DNA of 64,000 nucleotides from Podarcis pityusensis (lineage: Eukaryota), in assembly GCA_964106645.2 (NCBI GenBank), contig OZ067039.1; one strand, written 5' to 3'. The notes below the pieces were generated by a model, which did no database searches, was not told the origin of the DNA, and was given only the letters and a program-made list of their open reading frames with translations. The position numbers were made by a program, and so were the translations under genes. Numbering within the stretch: the first letter of the stretch is position 1; the number at the start of each line of letters is the position of its first letter. Below, piece after piece: positions 24,937 to 38,483 of the stretch.

Positions 24937-27900
24937 TATATGCCTTCCACTCAAGGGCTGTGGGGGTAACGTGTTTAGGCCTACACATTGGCAGTGGGCA
25001 AAGCCAAAGTCAGCTGTAGATGAGATCAGAAGCAAAAGTGGGCAGGACCACATCTTCTCTCTCCTCACCCCCTGTTCTTCCCTGCTCAGGAGGCTGCCAG
25101 GGGAGATATAGATTGGTCTTGCTAAGGGACTGAACTGACTGCTTCCAGAGGGCTTCCCACCCATCCCTTCTTCTATTGCTCCATCCATTTAGGCCATTTG
25201 CCCCATTTCCACCCTCCTTTCCCTCAGGGCTCCCCCGACCCACATGAAATTATGTTGAGGGTTGCATGAATTTAAGCTAACAGCTGCAGTTTGAGCATTG
25301 CTGATTTTTTACTTTTGCAACTTGCCATATTTGGCAGGTGTGTTTGCTATCTTCAGACAGAGCTTGTGTTTATGACCATGTTATATCTGCAGAGAGCCCA
25401 ATAAAGCATGTAAACACCATTATTGAAGGAATATCGAGTCTGCAGCATCAGGTGGGTGGTTGGGGAGTCAGGAAATGCCAATAATAAGTTTGCTTGTGTA
25501 TTTAGCTTCCTTGTGTATAGGGCTGCCATCTGATCATCTTTTCCAAAATGACATAGGAAGTTTGTAATGCAGCCAAGAGATAGTAGGCAATAACAGCAGG
25601 GACAAAGGGCTAAAATCTTTTTATCCGGCATAAAATAATTGATCTGTTGAATTACAGTTCGGTGGAGTCTCAACACAGTGGGAAGTGGGTCAAGTTGTTG
25701 TCCTTTCAGAATATGAACCTGATGGAATTGTTCAATTATCCATGAATATGCGAGTGGTAAATAGCAGCATCAAACAAAAGAATAGTATTTGCTGCCAGTG
25801 ATTTACCTAACCATTTGGGGCAGATTGGCCACTAGCCACCATCTATTTGCGGCAGGAAGCTCTGGATACAGATACCAGTTCATGGGAGGGCTTTCTTTTC
25901 TTGGCAAGTCTGTTTGTTTAGTTGCTATAGTCTGGAAAGATTCACATTTAAGATTGAAAGTCACAGGACAATCCTATGCATGTTACTGAGAAGTAAGTCC
26001 CACAGATTTTAATGGGTCTTACAGGCAGTCAAGATTGCAATCCTGAATGCACTTACTTGGAAGTAAGTTCTTCATAACATGTACAGGATTGCACTGTGCA
26101 GTCTACTTGATGCTATAGAGGTGTCCATGCTAATATCACTTCTGAACATGAGTCATTCTCCAGTTTCTAGCCTTCACAGGTGTTTATTGTACTTTGCCAG
26201 CTGTGCTAGTTGGCAGAACTGTCTGTGGCTGACAGGAGTTGTTGTTTGGAACATCTGGAAGGTACCAGGTTGGAAAAGCTGGTCCACAGTAACACCTATT
26301 CATCCTTTTGCAAGTTCCATCCTGAGTTTCTGAACTTCCCAAAGGTGATTTGTGCTTTTGTTCGCTGATGCTTGGGATTTTTTTCTTTATGAGATAGCAC
26401 CTCTTGTAGAGCAGGTTGCTTGTGTCTGATGGTTAGCCAACGCCGAACTGAATATTTTCCCTGTACAAGGGGATGGTGTCTGACTTACTTCAGAGCAGCA
26501 CTAACATTATGATGACCTCTTTTTACTGGGGTGAGTCAGGCCCTTTTACTGATGGTTTGTATCTCTTTTAATAGCTGCGTTGTTTTTAACACAGAAGGTT
26601 TTCACCTTTATCACTGCTTATTGTACAGCTCTTACAATTTCATTGCTGAGTTGTGTGTTTTTGTTTTTCTCATAATAATCCATGTTGCATGTCATGTGAG
26701 CAGCAGAGAGGATGTCTTTTTGTGTGCTCTTCCTTGGGAAGGAGTGTTACTTGTGGGTCAGCACTTCATTACCCATGTTATGCAATCACTCTGCAACTCA
26801 CTGTTTGCTACTCCAGACTTGACCTAGTTTACATGATTTTCCCTGGGTTTCATTTGTAGGCCATCTTAAGAGTCCATTCTGTTTTCTGAATCCTTCTGCT
26901 GTATGTCTGGGACACATTTAAGGCAAGTGTGTTCCCATAAGCTCAAGATTTCTAATTTGGAAAGAAGTCCAGAGCTACAAGTAAAGAAACCAGAAAATTG
27001 TTTGCATGGAAGAATAATAATTTGAATGCTAAGTGAGGAAAGAATTAAGTAGCTATTTACACATGGCATCAGAATGATCTTTTTGCACCTGTGTTCTAGG
27101 TGTGTAAATGAAAACTCCATGCTACTCAGTTGTGTAACATGATTTTAAAGAGTTTTTCCCTTTTATAAATATCAGGTTTGAATTTTCTTCCTGTGTTCTT
27201 CTGCAAAGCTACTGCTCAAGTTTGGGCTACACCTATGGTTAATAAATCACTGAGGATGCTCATCAGTGGCCAGGATGTTTAAGCCAGGAACACATTATCT
27301 TCTTATCTCCTGTTTTTATATTGTTGTATATTCTCTAACCATGTTACATTTTAAGATTCTTCCCTGAATAATCCAGCCTAGTGCTGTGACTGACTTACAT
27401 GAGGTGGAGTGAATATGAGCAGAATTCTCAATGAGAAATTAGCTAGAGTAATTATTAGTATTTGAGTAATTATCAGCATCAGGATAAGGAGAAAGGTTAA
27501 TAAGGGGCTTTTTTTGGTAAATGTTTATTCCCCTGGGTGGAAGTGTGGAATGGAGGGCAGGAAGGAGGATGTTTCTTAGGAGTGTTGCTCTGATTTACAG
27601 ATACCCTTCTTCACATCTCATGCCTCTGTACCTTCCCACACCTGGTGAGAGATGGGGTGTGGAAGAACCTAGATGGATAGGACTCCTTCACAGTGCCACT
27701 GCGCCTTAATAGCTGCTTGGTTTCAAAGAAGGATCAAGAAACTGTCAAATTCCAGCTGTGTTAGAGTCCTACCCTGCTTCAAGCAGGTGAAGGTGGAACA
27801 GTCCTGGAGAGGTGTGAGCTGTAAGTCATTTACTGCATCTCATCCCATTCTTCTGGTACTGAATTTGGTATATATATATCCTTCTCAAATGCATTGTGGT

Positions 27901-28494
27901 TCCCTGTTCCTTCCTCTGCTTAAGAGGCCTGTTTCCTTAGTTTTCTACTGAAAGTGTTTTTGCCTACACTGCAAATGAAGTTCTAGGAGATAAAACCAGA
28001 ATTCCCTCTGGGACAATAGGAAAGAGACCAAAACTGTTAACACATTGTGGCAGGTGTGCCCACTCCTCTACGAATGCCTGGAGGATAGCAAATACGAAGT
28101 GTGGCAGAAGCATCTTGTCCATGGGTTTTTGTCATCTGATTCCTTGAGCAGGAGCAGCTTGCACAGGGCATATTTGTTGGTACACTTACCGTGCCAGAAG
28201 TCTTCTGTTTTTCCTGCGCAAGACACTCGGTCCCCACCATATCTAGCTTTCTTTTCTTTTCTTCTTTTTGGAAGTATAGAGGTGCAGACTTGCAAACAGC
28301 CATTCACTTTTTCCCTACAGCAAGTAAGAATCATTGCTGCACAACCAGTTAGAGCAACTCTGTACAATAATGAAATCTTGATGACCATGTTGCAAAAGCA
28401 TCATGTTTGCTGCTTGGTTGTTGCCACTATTACATGATGATAAACATGCACCTGATAGTATGCATTGACAGTTCTATGACCCTATGAAACCACA

Positions 28495-28686
28495 GGAACA
28501 CAGGAAGCTGCTTTATGCTGAGTCAAACTATTGGTCCCTCTAGCTTAGCACTGTGTACATAGACTGGCAGCAGCTCTCCAGGGTTTCAGAATGGGATCTC
28601 TTTCAGGTCTACCTGAAGGTCCTGGGGATTGAGCCTGGGACCTTTTGCATGCAAAGCAGATGCTCTGCTGCTGAGCAGCAACCTTT
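28495..28686 (-). mobile_element. Squam3-like tRNA-derived SINE
   Basis: Same family as 722-908 and 13572-13745. Further 3' fragments at about 52905-53056 and 57885-57965 (+). Confidence 0.75.
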
Positions 28687-29318
28687 CTCTCTGACCCTGT
28701 TTGTTTTTTTAACTTTCTTACCTGGGCAATTACAAACTTTTCATGAAAGTAATTACTCTTAAAGGGTATTTCTGTCATCAACATGGGTCTCTATACACAC
28801 CCCAGGGCTCTGCAGTAAAACCCACCCCCGCAGATGTTGCCTTTGTTCTAATGAGAATAAATCTGAATAAATCTGAATATTATCATGGTAGCCAAACTCA
28901 AGTCCAAATCTGGACTAATGCCACTCTAATGTGCAGAGTTTGCCTACACTGCATATGAATTTCAGGGATATCTACCAGAATGCCCTCTGGTTCCATAGGA
29001 TTGCCCCCACTTGTCCCAAGCGGTGGCACTCTATTCTGCTTAGCTAGAGTGCAGGCATCAGCACAGCACTGGAGCAGAAGTCTAGTTTTTTACTTCCATA
29101 GTCAGATCCTTCTGTTCAGGTATAGTAAGTCACTATTGCCTTTGCTACCTCTGCTGCAGATTAGACACCTGTGGAGTAACATAACCCATCTCTTACAGGC
29201 CACTCTTAGAGATATTTACTCAGAAGTAAGTTCCATTGTGTTCAATAAGTGTGTTTAGATTTGGGGCCAAAGTTTCCTATGGACTTTACGGGAATTTCCT
29301 CCTCTTACAGAAGAGGTA

Positions 29319-29669
29319 AAGGTAAAGGGACCCCTGACCATTAGGTCCAGTCGTGACCGACTCTGGGGTTGCGGCGCTCATCTCGCTTTATTGGCCGAGG
29401 GAGCCGGCGTACAGCTTCCGGGTCATGTGGCCAGCATGACTAAGCCGCTTCTGGCGAACCAGAGCAGTGCATGGAAATGCCGTTTACCTTCCCGCCGGAG
29501 CGGTTCCTATTTATCTACTTGCACTTTGACATGCTTTCGAACTGCCAGGTTGGCAGGAGCAGGGACCGAGAAATGGGAGCTCACCCCGTCGCGGGGATTT
29601 GAACCGCCGACCTTCTGATCGGCAAGTCCTAGGCTCTGTGGTTTAACTCACAGTGCCACCCGCGTCCCC
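29319..29669 (-). mobile_element. Sauria SINE, full length and young
   Basis: tRNA-like head with B-box, conserved core and ACCTTT tail. Perfect 12-bp TSD acagaagaggta (29307-29318, 29670-29681). Many intact CpGs. Confidence 0.93.
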
Positions 29670-32559
29670 ACAGAAGAGGTACCTAAGCTTGAAAAACAAG
29701 TGTCTGTTTCTGGGATGTCCCACACACCCGGAGCTTGGAAAGTTTGTTTCAAAAAGTAACTAGTTATAGTTTAAAAAAAACACACAAAAAAACCCCACAA
29801 CCCCAAAAAACCCTCCCCTCTCCTCCCCTCCCCTCCCCTAATTGCACTTGATGTTTGTCCTTTTGCAAAATAGATTAGTTCAGTTCACATTCAGTTCAGA
29901 TTCATCCAAATAATCCTTGGTAAGTTTATTCAGCATTTAGAAAGTTACAAGCTTCTGAGCTGAAGTGTAAGATACAAAAACCAAGAAACTAAGAAAAGAC
30001 ACACATAGTGAAATGTGAGTTGTTTATAACGCCCCCCCCCCACTTATTCTCTTTCAGGTTTAAGGCCCAAAGAGTCTATAAAGAGGGTTTTTTAATAAAT
30101 AAAAAAATCTAAGGGAGGAGCCACCTGAAATTATCTCACCCTTTTCTCAGGCTTTAGACTGAACTAGAAATCGTTCAAGTTCTATCCCAATATGAACTTA
30201 ATTAATGTACACTTCACACAGGCAGTTATGGGAACTGCTTTCAGATGCAGTTCAGAGATTTTTGAACTAATTCCGTGAATGTCATTAAAACCGAACTAGT
30301 TCCTACTAAGCACTGAGCACACCGCAAGTCAGCTCACATCCATCATATTTGTATTCTGCTTGGGGATCAGTGTGACACAGATGGAGTTCCCTCCCTATAC
30401 CCTCAAAACAGTCTTCTGAGGAAGGTTAAGCTGAGAGAGACTGTGGTTGACCTAAGGTCACCCAGTCAGCTTCACGGCTGATCAGGGATTTGAGGCCAAC
30501 TCCAAACACAGCATGCTATCTTCTGTGCCACCCTGGCTCTGATAGCTGCTTCATTGACGCCGTTGTACAGGCTTTTTATGTTTTGCTATTGGAGATCTCA
30601 TCCACTTACCTAGCACTACATGGCGGATTAATATAATTGTAGAATTACCCCAGTAGTTAAATGTTACTGCTGGAATGACTTAACACACCCACAGATCGAT
30701 TTCAAAACTAGGGTAAGAGTGTATTGATCGCTTGTGCTATGAATACAGCCCATAAAATGACCGGAAGGGTGCATTCGACATGACAGTGCATCTTAGGTGA
30801 AATTGTTGCCATGTTGAAGAAAAGAAGAGCCTATATCCAGCTTCTCACAGGTAGTGCCTGTAGCTGATAAAGCCACCAATTATAGTCCCAGATAATAACA
30901 AGTATGAAATAGATATAATAATGTATTTTTAGCAAACCAGTGGGTTTTTATAGAAGTATGCAATGTTTAGCGTTGTAATGAGTTCCTTATCAGATATAAT
31001 GGACTCTCTTTATAACAGATGTGGATAATGTGGGCCTTCAGTTGTGGACTACAGGTCCCATCAACTCTAGCCAGCAGGGCCAGTGGTGAGGGATGGTGGG
31101 AGTTGTAGTAGTCCAGGTACCTTTGGAGGGCACAGGATAGCTACCCTTTTCAGAATGAGAGACGGAAGTGAGCTACAGTGGACAGAAAGTCAGACTTGGA
31201 CCAGGGGGAACTGGGTTCAAATCTCCACTCAGCCAAAAGTCTCAATAGCTGAACTTGGTCAGTCTTAATCTTCTTTTGGCCACAAGTGAATACTTTTTGA
31301 ACTCTGAAGGTGTGTTGGGCTTGGGATGGAACATACCTTCAGAAACAGGCTCCATCTCTTATGTTCTACTCCTGATTTCTTCAGTGGACCAAGGAGAGCT
31401 TCTTTGTTGTGCCCCCAAGTATCTTCAAGACATCAGCTCACATGCAGAGAGTCAACTCCACAACAACATTCCCTTGGAGTACTGCTAAAGCTTGGAACCC
31501 GAACACCTTCTTTTTGGACTAGGGCAACTTTGTGTTACACTTGTAAGCTACTTTGGATGTTTTAATAGAAAAGTGGTATGTATGTAAATACGGACAAGAA
31601 TCTTTCGGAAGTATTCATAAGGCTTTTCATTTGGGCTGGTTTTGGGTATTTTGTGTGGGTGTTTATATTAGTTGTATCTGTTTTTTATATTCTCCGTTCG
31701 TATACGTTTTAATGTAATGTTCCTGGCACAGAGTCTTTGGAATTGGAGAGGCTTAAAAAAAGAAAAAAAGAAAAATCTCAGTTGCATGTACAAAGCGAGG
31801 TTGATTGCTAATGCAGATATTCTAGTAACTTCAGGTAGTGGCCTATTGACAAAGCTTTTAGCATTCAAATAGAAATAATTGACCAGCAGGGGGTTACAGA
31901 CTCTTGTAATGACCTATATTTGATATGCAGGAGAAAGAGCTTGCGGAATCAATGGAAGCTCCCCTTTCAGGGCCTTGGATTTCAGGCTAACTCAAAGACT
32001 CCTACATGTTACAATAGAAGCATGTGTTTAAAATGTAGCATATATCTGCTTGCTTCTGTCCTGTGCTCTGTGGCACAGCTTCCTTTCACTGTGTCTGCAC
32101 GGTGGGAAACATGCAGCAGGGAGACAGGTCAATAGCGGCTCCCTGCTGTATGTTTCTGTGGTATACATGCAGTAAAAAAGAGCAGGTATGCCTGTCTCCT
32201 CTCGCAAGGATGGTGCACTGAGGGAGGGAGAGACAGGCCCGTAGGAAGGATGAGGAGGGAGCTGTTGGCAACAAGGAACTCCTAGATGCGGGCCTGTGAG
32301 TGAAATAGTGATTTTAGGGTCAGGCCCATCCATGGACTGGGATACGTTTTAGCACAGTAATTGGAGGGACCATTGCAGGACTTCCAGCAGGAATTGGCAG
32401 CTGCAGAGTCGCATTCCAGTGCTTCTCTCCATTTTTGCTGTGCAGCTGTCAGGCCGCGTGTGAGGGCTCCTCACAATTGCACCTGCATTCCTGGACACCT
32501 TCACCACAGGCCCAGGCCCTGTTCCCTGTAGGGGGCCAACCTCCTCACGTCTCTGCCTC

Positions 32560-32870
32560 TGTCTGTCAGCCTTCCTTAGCTCAGGGGTGTCTCTCTTAAT
32601 CAAATACATTTGTTTTGTAAAACTGACTAAAAATAATCCGGGGCTGATGTGTGCTGGATGTTGGCGGTGAATCAAAGGCGCTGCTCTAATTAAACGGGCC
32701 CCAGTTTGTTTGTGAGCCGCATACATTTCCATGCTAATCAGCCACACGCCAGGATCCTGCCTCCTAAGCCCCACTTCCTTTGCCTGATTGAAAAGTATGC
32801 AAATGGACGGATGGAGTCTATTTATTGCAACGAGGGAAATGAAGCTGCAATGCGCGCTGTGGGGCTTTAT
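32560..32870. promoter_or_regulatory. Candidate intronic enhancer / conserved non-coding element
   Basis: Non-repetitive and CpG-retaining. Clustered ATCAAAG (32671), TAATTA (32687), ATGCTAAT (32731), ATGCAAAT (32797) and TGTCAG motifs. Based on motifs only. Confidence 0.35.
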
Positions 32871-33870
32871 TTGGGGACTAGGGTGGGGAAGCGCTTTGGT
32901 TGGGGGCGGGTTGTGAAGATGAAGGATGTCCCAGTTACTAAACATTGCCAGTGGAACTAGAGGGAACAAAATGAATTACTCATTTCCGATTAAGTAATAG
33001 CATAGCCAGGCACAATTTTGTTTTTGTTTTTATGTGGCTTTGAATGTGTCACTTAGACTTTTCTCCACAATTTACCTACTACTACTGAGATCCAGTGGGA
33101 ATGAATGGAAGGCTCTCTGACCGAGGCCCTCTGTGCTTTCGCTTCCAAATCAGTAGACTATTCCCCTATATGGGAACACCATGAGAAATCTCCAAGAATG
33201 GGAACTACATGGATGGTAAAGTCAGGAGGTGGGGCTTGGTTAGGGCCTAAAATTGAACTATTGTTGTCTGTTGGACATTTGATGGGTGCTGTGTGGAAAG
33301 TGTTGCTTTCTACGTCTGGGGAAATAGAACTGCTATTTTCCTGGTTCCACTTCAGCTTCACAGACAGGTTTGTTTTCTGTAATGTAATATGCTGTGTCCA
33401 TCTTTTGGAGTGAGATTGAGGGTGATGGGTGCAGAATGAAGAATTCCCACTCTTACTGCCAAATGTTGCACTTGCCTGACAGAAAGACTGGAGAAGCGGC
33501 TTTAGTACCAGGCGCAAGAGACAATGGTGGGATTTGGTGCGAATTTTATGTGCCCACATTTGGTTATCCAGGAAGCTGATAGGGTGAAATAGTTTCTGCT
33601 TTCCTATATACGTCTCTCTGTGTAGGAAAGTACTTACGACATGCATCTCCCAGAAACATATAAAAGACGAACTGAATTTCTAGAGTCTGTTGGTAACTCA
33701 TGTTAGCCACTGCTAGCATGGTAGATCAATATCTCCTAATTTGTTACCCTCCAGACATTTTGGACTATCAGACCCAGCCAGCACGAGCAGTGGCCAGATT
33801 GTGGGAATTGTAGTCCAAAACATTCTAGAGGTTAGTGGGAAAGTTGTGGCATATCATCACTTTAACTATA

Positions 33871-34096
33871 CAGTGGTACCTCGGGTTAAGAACTTAATTC
33901 GTTCTGGAGGTCTGTTCTTAACCTGAAACTGTTCTTAACCTGAGGTACCACTTTAGCTAATGGGGCCTCCCGCTGCCGCCACGCCGCTGCCGCGCAATTT
34001 CTGTTCTCATCCTGAAGCAAAGTTCTTAACCCGAGATACTATTTCTGGGTTAGCGGAGTCTGTAACCTGAAGCGTCTATAACCCGAGGTACCACTG
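33871..34096. mobile_element. Tigger/pogo-like MITE family B copy 3
   Basis: Perfect 18-bp TIR CAGTGGTACCTCGGGTTA with TA TSD. Has one fewer subterminal repeat than copy 2. Confidence 0.92.
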
Positions 34097-35445
34097 TATG
34101 TCATAGAATTAGATAGGTCCAAAAGGCCTCTGAGTCTAGTTTCTTGCTGTGAGACAGGACTAGGTTACTGACCATTCCCCTCACAGTTCAACTTACACAA
34201 GTTTGACCATAAGTGTGTCACAAGCAGATACTTTCTGGGCAAGTAAACGACTCATGCTCAGCAGCCAGGTGGCAGTTAACTTTAGAGAATTAACCCTATT
34301 GTATTTCCTCCCTGCCGTGGGTTGGCTATGACCCTGGGGTGCCTTTTTAATGTGGTTATGGCTTCTATAGTGAAAGCAAGGTCTTTAGGATAAGCTTTAT
34401 TGTCACTGTGAGTGGTAATGGGATTAGAGCATTTACTATATCCCTTGCCCAGCACAAAGGTGCTGGTTTACCTTCTCTTCTGTTATGAAATACAGGCTAT
34501 GGGGAGGCAGAACATGGGTCCTTGACCATAAAACAAAGGTGATTATATGTGTTAACTCTCCACTAATGTTACATTAAATGCACTATGCCGTTGATACTTA
34601 GGGAAAGTGTACTAGGCTATAAGCTTTCTGATGCTCCACCTTTTTTCCACATCAGAGGACATTTTAAGAACGGCACAATTGCTAGGTTGCTGGGAAAGTT
34701 CAGCAGGGGAGAAATGCTGATCAAAACAAAGCTTAAATAATCCAGGTGTGTGACAAATGGGGTTGTGATAGCTGTCCTGCAAGTGTGTTGAGAGAGTTAA
34801 TGTTAAGATGAGTAAAACATTGCATACAATGACCATATGACAAAGAAGCTAGGTTGTGATGATTGTGTCCATACAGATATTTGGCAATATTTCTGTAGTT
34901 GCACATTAGGTGGGATGAAGTTCCCAGTAGATTAAACTCTTCCTCCACCTAGTGCTCTCCCAGTCTAGATATGTAATGGAAGGCTCACCCCAGTTAAAAC
35001 AGAGCTTTGTGTTTCATCTCCTCTGCAATGCCTGTGTGGCTGCCACTATTTCTCTGCACACCCCTTACCCGCCATTTGCACTTTCTTTGGAGCTATTAAC
35101 ACATTATCCAGAAGTCCCCTGCTTCATTTAAAGTTCATTAGATTTAATTGAAGAGCATTAATGTGCACTGAAGTGCATAATGTAGTTTTATTTTAAATGG
35201 AAACCAGGTGGAGCTATTTCTTGTCCTAACTCTTTCTCAAGGAGTAGTTTGATTAATGAAAGGAGGCAAAAATAATAATAATAAAAAATAAGGCAACTTG
35301 GATAAGGGTTCTAAAGCAGCAAGGGGATTGGGAGGGGCTCTTTTTGGCTGGCAAGATTAGGTTGGTGGTTCATTATTTCCCCTTAAATAAAATATTTAGA
35401 AAAATGCATGAAAGATGGGTTTCTGTTTTGGAGAATCACCCTGAC

Positions 35446-35768
35446 CAGGGGTAGGCAACCTAAGGCCCTGGGGGCCAGATGCGGCCCAATTGCCTTCTCA
35501 ATCCAGCCCACAGACGTTCTGGGAATCAGCATGTTTTTACATGAGTAGAATGTGTCCTTTTATTTAAAATGCATCTTTGGGTTATTTGTGGAGCCTGCCT
35601 GGTGTTTTTACATGAGTAAAATATGTGCTTTTATTTAAAATGCATCTCTGGGTTATTTCTGGGGCATAGGAATTCGTTCATTTCCCCCCTTCAAAATATA
35701 GTCCGGCCCACCACATGGTCTGAGGGACGGTGGATCGGCCCACAGCTGAAAAAAGTTGCTGACCCCTG
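35446..35768 (+). mobile_element. hAT MITE family A copy 4
   Basis: Family A sequence. TSD accctgac/atcctgac (1 mismatch). Ends about 370 bp upstream of exon 36137. Confidence 0.9.
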
Positions 35769-36136
35769 ATCCTGACTCTGCATTTCCTTCTCTGCTTCTA
35801 CCTGTGGCAGCCAACACATGCTGTTGGGATGGGGTTCTTGGAATTCCCATTGGGCTGATTTATCAAACATCAGCCCATGACTTTGACCTAGTTGGAAGTC
35901 ATTAAGTTTTAAGGAACATGGTGGTGGTTGACAGGGTAAGGGCTGACTATCATATACTGTATACCTAAAGCTCCTCATAGGTTTTTCTTTCTTTCTGTAG
36001 AAAGAACTGTTCCCCCAACAGCTAGCTATTGGTGTGTATTGGCACATTATTCCTTTGCCACCCAACAAATGTCTCCCATCTTGATGATACTAGGCATCAT
36101 AACAGCAAATGCTAACGCTGCCGCCTTTTCTTTCAG

Positions 36137-36277
36137 ATCCTTGTGGACCCTGCCAATCCCATTGGACGTTCAGCATTGCAGTATGAGAATGTCATAGCCC
36201 ATGATGGCAGCTCCATCCTGCGGGACTTAGTGCTCAGCCCTGATCTCCAGTACCTCTATGCTATGACTGAGAAACAG
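36137..36277 (+). CDS. PLXNA1: Plexin-A1 internal coding exon (C-terminal Sema domain), 141 nt, phase 0-0
   Basis: Acceptor ttttctttcag| and donor CAG|gtaaga. Translates to [47 protein letters not shown], matching the plexin-A1 segment [36 protein letters not shown] as I recall it. Confidence 0.95.
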
Positions 36278-38483
36278 GTAAGAACTTGAGTTTGTCCACA
36301 GCTGGCCCTTTTACGTGATTTTAAGCTTAGCAGTAATGAGGCACAGCCTTTTCTCTCTGCATAGTACATCTGTGTGATATTTCTCCAGCACAGTGTGAGG
36401 CAGGACTGTCAGATTCTCAGAGCAACCAAATAAAAATACTTTCTTCGAATACATCACTCCCTTTATTAGTACAGTTCTGATTAGATGTCGAGCTCATGGA
36501 GTGATCATGGAGCTCATTGCAATAAAAGTGCTTGTATGAGTGATGGGCTACACCTTTACTTGATTCAACACCAGAGCGACAGCTCTCCTGAGGGCTCCTT
36601 TTTAATGAACAAGCAGATTCCATCATCTGATGGGTGACAGCTTAGGCAGAACTCTGTGTGCGTTGAGTTTCAGCACGCCCTGCAAATGGACAGAATCAGC
36701 CAAATGTGCAAGTGTGTTAAAGCTCAGTGTGCGCTGCCAGCCATCACACGATTGCATATGGTACAGGTGGTCAACACAAGCAAGGGCCATGGCTGGTCAT
36801 GAAAAGAGGCTCTTGGTCCACTCATTTTAACTCCGCAAGAAACTTCTCTGCTGTTTCTATGGCAGCACAGTGCAAGTGCTGTACTTTGCCATTCCCCCCC
36901 ACCAACAACTAAAGACCCAAACTCAGCTTTCCTCATTAAACCTTGCCAAAATTGGTATGGTGTGCATTAGTCACGAAAACATTTGTATTATCAGTTTAAG
37001 CTGCTTAATCCTTCTTGGGCTGCTGCGCATATTATTAGTTACTCTTTTCCAGAATAACTAATAATATATACTGAGTGTCCGATGCCAAAATTATTATTTT
37101 TCTGTGTTTTCTTAGTCATCTCATGAATGTAATGTTCAAACTTGGCAGGACAGTAGCAGACCAGTCACATATAAAGTGAGATCTCATCCTTAGAGTAAGT
37201 AATACATGGGTGAGGGAAACTAAGGCCTCTCGATGCCTACCACTCCATGCTTGTGTAAAGTTTCCCACAAGCACCTTTTACCCAGTTGATCTCACTCATT
37301 GAAATCAGGGGAATGAGAAAGCACCCAATGGTGGAGGCCATAGGTAGACGGACCTTAGGTAGGTAAGCCACAAACAGTGGAAGTGCCTGGAAACTCCATC
37401 CACCTTGTTTTCATGAAGCAGTGGGCCCTCGCTTTATACACAACGGAGGGAGACCTGGGTGTAAATGAATAGGTCTGCTGCTACCATGGCTGGTTTGGCT
37501 CTAAGAGTCCCCCCTCCCCCCCCCATTTTGCTCTCAGGTTTCTTTTCATAGAATGAATAATATCTATTTGAGTCTGTCCTGAGGGGAAACAAACTTACTA
37601 TTAGGAAGCAGATGAATCATGGATACATGCAACATCTCTTCTAAAGCAGACTCATTAGGTCTGTTTTGCAAAAGCTCTGTCATTTGACAGACTGTCTCTG
37701 CTACAGGTATTGGAAAAGTTTCTTTGCACTCCTCCAGCAAGATAAACTGGTGTTTATATGAGTTAGGAGCACTGTGGCTGCGTAGCCCAACCTTAATTCT
37801 GTTGGGCTGCAGTTTCTTTACCTTTTTACACTGGGATTGCTTTATTCTCCTCTTGCAGTCTGTCCTGTAGCTAGGTCTGAGGATCCTAACTGCCCACTAA
37901 ACCAGGAGAGGGAGAACTTCAGCCATGCATGATTTACTTTGTGTTTTACTAGAACCAGCCGGAGCCAGGTGCAAAAGACATAGGCTTATAATTAAAGAGC
38001 TAGGTTCCTTTTAGCAGCTGCTGAGGACCAGGATTGTTTTCAGTATCAGAGCTGTGCTGAGCTCACAGCCCTTCTACACAAAAATTCAGTCCCCAGTTGC
38101 CCAAAGCATACTTCAGTGCAGCAGTCTAATTTCAGGGAGTCGTTTTGTTGTCTCTGTTTTTAAAGAATTGGAACTGAGAAATCCTTGCCAATCCATGCAT
38201 ATAACGATGGGTTCACACAGGGGTTTGGGCAATGACAGTGCTCTTCCTTCTCCCTCTTCCCACTGCCATGCCTATTGGACAGGGATAGTTAATATGGTGC
38301 CCTCCATACGTTTTTGGACTCCAACTGCCATCAGCATGGTCAGAATGAATGTGAGTTGTAATTCAGCCTTGTTGGCTACCCATGATTTAGGGTCCTAAAG
38401 ATAAAAACTAGCACCTTGGGTTGAGCCTGGAAGTGTACAGTATCACTGAAGATCAAACAGGACCAGATATATATGCTCTATCA

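Noticed and set aside
32349-32969. 206-aa minus-strand ORF
   Set aside because: No recognisable domain, a non-ATG start and no supporting exon structure. Likely a chance ORF.
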